Positions 59,796 to 64,000 of a stretch of 64,000 bases of DNA are shown here, piece after piece (position 1 is the stretch's first letter; the number at the start of each line of letters is the position of its first letter). The position numbers were made by a program, and so were the translations under genes. Below the pieces are notes generated by a model, which saw only the letters and a list, made by a program, of their open reading frames with translations, was not told the DNA's origin and ran no database searches. The stretch comes from Candidatus Micrarchaeota archaeon (GTDB lineage: Archaea; Micrarchaeota; Micrarchaeia; Micrarchaeales; CABMGC01): positions 119,548 to 183,547 of the forward strand of contig JAJZOD010000010.1 in NCBI GenBank assembly GCA_021852055.1, read 5' to 3'.

Positions 59796-60428
59796 TTGAA
59801 AACTAGAATACTCCGGCTGCACAAAGGCATGGCAGCGTATAGAATTATAAAAACAGCAGCTGACACAATATGCAAAGGCGGCGTGCTCGTCTTTCCAACA
59901 GAAACGGTGTATGGCATAGGCACCAATGCCCTTGACAGAAAAGCATGCGAGAAGGTGTACAGGATAAAAGGAAGAGAGAGAAGCAAGGCACTTATAGTAC
60001 TTGTCTCTGATATGAATATGCTTGACAGGATAGCTTTTGTACCTGAAAAGTACAGAAAGATTCTGGAAGATGTTTGGCCTGCGCCGCTTACTGTAATCTT
60101 AAAGGCAAGAGCCGCAGTGCCTAAAAGAGTTACGGCAGGGAAGGGGACAGTGGCAGTCAGAATGCCTGACAACGCAACTTTACTATCCATAATAAGAGCT
60201 GCACACGTGCCGATAGTTGCCCCAAGTGCAAATCCCTCAGGCCTGACTCCTGCGAGGACGGGCTTCGAAGCGAAGAGATATTTTGACGGGAAGGTTGACG
60301 CCATAATAGATTCCGGCAGGAAGGGCTGCGGCGTGCCGTCTACCATTATGAGAATTCCAAGCATGCGCGTTATAAGGCAGGGAGCATTTACAGAAAAGCA
60401 GATAAAAAAAGCATTCGGGAGCCGTTGA
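59796..60428 (+). CDS. tsaC: L-threonylcarbamoyladenylate synthase (YrdC/TsaC-length)
   Basis: FPTETVYGIG, IKGR, WPAPLTVIL, VAVRMP, APSAN.SG and STIM. No Sua5 C-terminal domain. Confidence 0.92.
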   Translation: MKTRILRLHKGMAAYRIIKTAADTICKGGVLVFPTETVYGIGTNALDRKACEKVYRIKGRERSKALIVLVSDMNMLDRIAFVPEKYRKILEDVWPAPLTVILKARAAVPKRVTAGKGTVAVRMPDNATLLSIIRAAHVPIVAPSANPSGLTPARTGFEAKRYFDGKVDAIIDSGRKGCGVPSTIMRIPSMRVIRQGAFTEKQIKKAFGSR

Positions 60429-60507
60429 GCACACCTGAATCAGCCTTTTCTTAACTTCCGGAATTATGTTTGGATTTGAACCGCTGTTTTGCAATTGTTT
60501 TTTGTAA
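60411..60507 (+). repeat. Degenerate direct repeat, copy 1 (includes tsaC 3' end)
   Basis: GCATTCGGGAGCCGTTGA...GCCTTTTCTTAACTTCC...GATTTGAACCGCTGTTTTGCAATTGTTTTTTGTAA. Confidence 0.75.
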
Positions 60508-60749
60508 GTTCCGCTTTTCTGTTTCCTCCCGTTGGTTTCAAGCTTCATTCAGTAAAAGTACATATTTCATAAAATCAGATAACTAATTGGAGTTTTATGG
60601 TGGACGACCTAAAATCGTGTCGAAAAGGGTCATTTTACTCCCAACGTCACCTTTTCATGTAGAGTTGCGTTCCATATTTATAAGAGTACCCAGGACAACG
60701 AAGCAAAACATTTTATACCTGTGGCTGCCATATATCTAAAGGAATAGAC

Positions 60750-60974
60750 ATGAAGATGGAAATATATGGATTCAAGGCAGATGTTCACAAAGATGGAAAG
60801 TGGTTCATAGGGGTAATTGATGAATTGCACGTTCAAGATCAGGCTAAAAGCCTCCGTGAACTTGAGAGCGAACTGAAGGACGCGGTAGATACGGTTGTCG
60901 AATTTCTACTGGAAAAGAACAACCGCAAGGAAATGAAGTCGCCTATACTAAGAAGTTTAATCACTAGGAGCTAG
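60750..60974 (+). CDS. hicB: HicB-like antitoxin (N-terminal domain only)
   Basis: VHKDGKWFIG.IDELHVQDQAKSLRELESELKDAV. Confidence 0.78.
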   Translation: MKMEIYGFKADVHKDGKWFIGVIDELHVQDQAKSLRELESELKDAVDTVVEFLLEKNNRKEMKSPILRSLITRS

Positions 60975-60982
60975 GTGATTTT

Positions 60983-61207
60983 ATAGGTGCGCTCAGACCC
61001 GCGAAACCACTCAAATTGCTTAAGATACTGCAAGAGCACTATGGATTCTCTGCAAGGCAAGGGAAAGGTGATCATATTGTCCTGTGGGATGAAAAGGAGC
61101 ACCATACAGTGATTCAGATATCCCAGAAAGAACTAAGACAACAAATAGTGAATAGAATACTGAGGCAAACTGGCCTGAAATGGGAAGACATTGAAAAGTA
61201 TCTATAA
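60983..61207 (+). CDS. hicA: HicA-like mRNase toxin; inferred ATA start
   Basis: (M)GALRPAKPLKLLKILQEHYGF..RQGKGDHIVL...IL.QTGL, in the context GGTGATTTT-ATA. Confidence 0.82.
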   Translation: MGALRPAKPLKLLKILQEHYGFSARQGKGDHIVLWDEKEHHTVIQISQKELRQQIVNRILRQTGLKWEDIEKYL

Positions 61208-61241
61208 ATGGGCAGATGACGGCAGTAATGAGGCTGCTTAA

Positions 61242-61505
61242 ATTAAACATAAAATATCGTGTGCAATCTGCGAGTTAAAGGGCTATGTAGAAGTTGATGA
61301 TAAAACACGCAAGATAATCGGAAAGGATTGGTACTATTATGGGAAAACGAATATGAATTACAAGAAAACTGATAGATATTTTCATAAGTTTATTAGTTGG
61401 AAACCTGAGTTCATAACTGAAAAGATAGCAAATAAGGAATACGATAAAGATGCAAAGCCAAGACTTGTAGAGCATTGGGAATGTAGCACGTGTTTTAAAG
61501 CGTAG
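61242..61505 (+). CDS. Unannotated 87-aa protein with terminal CxxC pairs; ATT/ATA start or frameshifted
   Basis: IKHKISCAICELKGYVEVDD...VEHWECSTCFKA*. The first in-frame ATG lies after the N-terminal CxxC. Confidence 0.55.
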   Translation: MKHKISCAICELKGYVEVDDKTRKIIGKDWYYYGKTNMNYKKTDRYFHKFISWKPEFITEKIANKEYDKDAKPRLVEHWECSTCFKA

Positions 61506-61767
61506 AGCTTGCGATGCTAAATATTGAAGAATTCTGTGATATGTAACTGCTTATTTTGGCATTATACTACGCTTGAGCCTTCTCTACTATTGAAGAGAAA
61601 GAAAACGCGGATGGTACAAAATCAAAATACTCAATAATAAAATTTCAACTTTACATAACACAGAAATAGAGTAGACTGGCGAAATACAACAGAACCAAAT
61701 TGTGTTGCCCAGATTGGTAGTCTGTTTTAAAAAGTCCTGAAAATCAAACCCCGAACCTGTTTTTCAG

Positions 61768-61874
61768 GCCTTCAGGAGCCGTTGAAAACGCACCCCGAAC
61801 CCGCCTTTTCATTGCTTCCATAATCGGGCCCAAAATTCAGATTTGAACCCCTGTTTTGTCGTAGATTTTTGTAA
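61768..61874 (+). repeat. Degenerate direct repeat, copy 2 (abuts tRNA-Ile 3' end)
   Basis: GCCTTCAGGAGCCGTTGA...GCCTTTTCATTGCTTCC...GATTTGAACCCCTGTTTTGTCGTAGATTTTTGTAA. The last block is 29/35 identical to copy 1. Confidence 0.75.
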
Positions 61875-61875
61875 A

Positions 61876-61950
61876 TGGGCCCGGAGAGATTTGAACTCTC
61901 GGCCTCTGCCTTATCAGAGCAGCGCTCTAACCAAACTGAGCTACAGGCCC
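61876..61950 (-). tRNA. tRNA-Ile(GAT), no intron, CCA not encoded
   Basis: GGGCCTG/CGGGCCC acceptor stem, CTGCT-CTGATAA-GGCAG anticodon arm and GTTCAAATC T-loop. Confidence 0.96.
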
Positions 61951-62015
61951 TTGATTTACGAATAATAAATGCGGGAAGATATAAATGTCTGCTTTTTGCT
62001 GCAGTGAATGCGGAG

Positions 62016-62999
62016 TTATGCACCATTTGTTGTACCTCTCTTGATCTCTTTCCCAAACTTTTCAAAGTCCTGCTGCATGATTTTCTTGCTCTCTTTGAAT
62101 CTCAGTGCTGCCGCAGGGTGCAGCGTTATCATATATGTAGTGCTGCCATTCTCGATTACTGTACCATGATGTGCATGGACGCTCTTCATGCCGAGCACAG
62201 CTTCAAGCGCTACATTTCCTAGAAGTATTATGAACTTTGGTTTTATTACGCTTATTTGCCCGATTAATAGGGGCTTGCAGAGTCGTATCTCTTCCGGAGT
62301 GGGAATCCGGTTCTTCGGAGGGAAGAACTGCACTACGCTTGTTATGTAGAGCTTATTTCTTTTCATTCTTGCTGATTTTATCATCTCGTCAAGAAGCCTT
62401 CCGCTTCTGCCGATAAACGGCCTTCCCGACTCGTCTTCAAACCTTCCTGGTGCCTGGCCTATAAGCATTATATCTGCATTTAGCGGACCTTCTCCTGGAA
62501 CAAGCCTACTGCTGAGATCCCAACTCTTAGAGTTTTTCGGCAGGGACGCATACTCGTCATTTATTTTTGAAATCTGCATGTAGCGCAATATGTAATCAAG
62601 AACCTCGGGGAGCATCTTCACTATGTCCTTGAACTTTATCCTCTCGCGAAAGTCATTCGGATCCAGCCACTCATGGCTTTTGTGTTCGAAAGATATCTTA
62701 ACTCTGTCATCTTCTGCCTCAACCAAAAAGAATCGCACATGTTTCAGTATTGTCTTCTTTCCTTTCCTGAAAAAGTACTTTGTGTCAGAATGAAAGTAAG
62801 GCAGCAGGGTTGCATGGATTCCGGTTTCCTCTCTTATTTCACGAACTGCTGCCTGCTCCGAGCTCTCCCCTTTTTCTATGTGGCCTTTGGGTATGTCGTA
62901 TTCACCGTTGGATTTCTTCAGAAGAAGCAGCTTGAATGCGCTGCTGCCCCTCTCTTTCAGGAATATAAAAGCGCCAGCGCTGTACTCAAACTGTACCAT
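62016..62999 (-). CDS. NUDIX hydrolase fused to a family-4-like uracil-DNA glycosylase
   Basis: PKGHIEKGESSEQAAVREIREETG, then VPGEG, IGQAPG, GRPFIGRSG and ITLHPAAALR. Confidence 0.9.
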   Translation of the reverse strand: MVQFEYSAGAFIFLKERGSSAFKLLLLKKSNGEYDIPKGHIEKGESSEQAAVREIREETGIHATLLPYFHSDTKYFFRKGKKTILKHVRFFLVEAEDDRVKISFEHKSHEWLDPNDFRERIKFKDIVKMLPEVLDYILRYMQISKINDEYASLPKNSKSWDLSSRLVPGEGPLNADIMLIGQAPGRFEDESGRPFIGRSGRLLDEMIKSARMKRNKLYITSVVQFFPPKNRIPTPEEIRLCKPLLIGQISVIKPKFIILLGNVALEAVLGMKSVHAHHGTVIENGSTTYMITLHPAAALRFKESKKIMQQDFEKFGKEIKRGTTNGA

Positions 63000-64000
63000 A
63001 AATAGAACCGCCTATTATGCATGCCGCTTTTGCCATTTCATCTGAAACTGTGGAGTTGTAAAATTTAAGCTCTATGGTGTTGAACATATACGAGTACACT
63101 GATTCTGAGCTGCAGACCGCTGTTTTCATATCTGACGCTGGTACTATGGCATAGAATGTCATTAAAGAGTATGAGGAATTTGTGCTGTACGGCACTGTTG
63201 ACCTATAAAAAATGAACGGCGTGCCGTTTGAAACAGTGTAATATACGTCCTGGCGCACGCCTGTGCTGGCAAGAAATGAGAGCTCATCGCTCATGCTGCT
63301 ATTTACAAAAATAGGGACTTTGCCTCCGGAATTGTTGTATGTGAAGTATAACAGTATTGGCGAATTTATTGTTATTGATGTATTGGTCTTGTTGTAAAGC
63401 AGCATGTATGCTCCAGAACTGGTACTGTTTATCCTGACACCGAAAAGATACTGCGTTGTGTAAAGCTTTGCTGATATGCTGTTCAGCAAAGGTGCGCTCT
63501 GAGATTGCGGCAGTGTGTTAAGCAGGTAAGGAGACACAGAAATATTTGAGTAGCCTATATTTAAAAGAAGGTATAAAAACGAAAATGCAACTGCCAGTAC
63601 TATGGCAACCTTGTTGTATGCAATATGTGAACCTCTGCCATGCCTGCTTGCATGTTTTTGCACAAACCTGTTCTTAGAAACAAGGGTTATGCCATACAGG
63701 TGCGATATGAGCAGTATGATTATTACTGCAGCATAAAACAGGAGTATGCCGGCAAACTCATGGAACAGTATAAGCGCTGAGGTAGGGCCGTATGTTACCC
63801 AGCTTGCCGCTATTATCAGCATGCGCATCAGATTGAGCAAGAACAGGAGAAGCAGGCCGCTGAAGACCCATAGCAGCTTCCTTATCGGCTTTCCATAATA
63901 CAGCCACGCAACTGGAGCTAAAAGCAGTATTATTGCTATTAGAAGCCCTATGCCCACACAGCTCTCGCCTATGCCGATTGCATAGCCATTTGCTATTATT
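62986..64000 (-). CDS. Archaeosortase/exosortase-family protein with C-terminal extracytoplasmic domain (5' end beyond window)
   Basis: The frame is open to the window edge. Cys-Arg-His triad motifs GESCVG, LNLMRM and FHEFAG. Confidence 0.78.
   Translation of the reverse strand, partial: IIANGYAIGIGESCVGIGLLIAIILLLAPVAWLYYGKPIRKLLWVFSGLLLLFLLNLMRMLIIAASWVTYGPTSALILFHEFAGILLFYAAVIIILLISHLYGITLVSKNRFVQKHASRHGRGSHIAYNKVAIVLAVAFSFLYLLLNIGYSNISVSPYLLNTLPQSQSAPLLNSISAKLYTTQYLFGVRINSTSSGAYMLLYNKTNTSITINSPILLYFTYNNSGGKVPIFVNSSMSDELSFLASTGVRQDVYYTVSNGTPFIFYRSTVPYSTNSSYSLMTFYAIVPASDMKTAVCSSESVYSYMFNTIELKFYNSTVSDEMAKAACIIGGSIYGTV

Noticed and set aside
61520-61670. Fragmented frame IEEKENADGTKSKYSIIKFQLYITQK inside the island
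   Set aside because: It looks like pseudogene debris but is too short to assign.
61855-61960. SSV-type split integrase reading through the tRNA antisense (KWARRDLNSRP...)
   Set aside because: An in-frame stop lies 11 codons upstream of the tRNA and there are no tyrosine-recombinase motifs nearby; the peptide is just the tRNA complement.
1703-62222. Numerous ORF-track entries antisense to or nested in core genes (for example 3579-4121, 6287-7156, 30950-31480, 51520-52083, 56122-56802)
   Set aside because: Shadow ORFs of well-supported genes, with no recognisable motifs.
1-64000. CRISPR array, rRNA or intron-containing tRNA
   Set aside because: No regularly spaced repeat-spacer series and no rRNA-like segment seen. 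T-loop-like 9-mers outside the two tRNAs (13520, 48350, 60473, 61840) lack pairing arms.

Overview
Archaeal chromosomal window, most consistent with a DPANN archaeon (Micrarchaeota-like; this is inference from gene content and divergence). Most of it is housekeeping: an L30e-S12-S7-EF2 / L7Ae-S28e-L24e-thiI ribosomal cluster, HMG-CoA synthase/thiolase/DUF35, class II LysRS, AspRS, RFC small subunit, Nth and EndoQ, and a complete A/V-type ATP synthase operon (H-I-K-E-C-F-A-B-D). It also carries TopA, LonB, Top6A, tandem ftsZ genes, DNA ligase, a type IV/II secretion ATPase locus, Sua5/TsaC, tRNA-Gln(CTG), tRNA-Ile(GAT) and a partial archaeosortase/exosortase. Accessory patches: an AT-rich left end (methyltransferases, NUDIX, an IS200/IS605-like hairpin cluster, an IS481-like remnant), a 160-bp IS200/IS605-type MITE, and a 1.3-kb hicBA island between degenerate ~100-bp direct repeats next to tRNA-Ile. 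The strongest unexpected signal is apparent initiation at ATA/ATT. ATP synthase subunit C and DAHP synthase have conserved N-terminal motifs with no upstream in-frame ATG/GTG/TTG, HicA and RFC-S share a GGTGATTTT(T)ATA context, and an unannotated Zn-finger ORF opens at ATT. Other notable items: an MFS phosphate transporter-DUF47 fusion, a NUDIX-UDG fusion lacking the Fe-S cysteines, a Zn-finger/wHTH gene behind the ftsZ pair, a secreted-protein gene splitting the HMGCS-thiolase cluster, a 68-aa protein with a repeated IGGFATV motif, and a structured leader before a DMT/EamA pair. No CRISPR array or rRNA was seen. All homology calls are from motif recognition by eye; no database searches were run.
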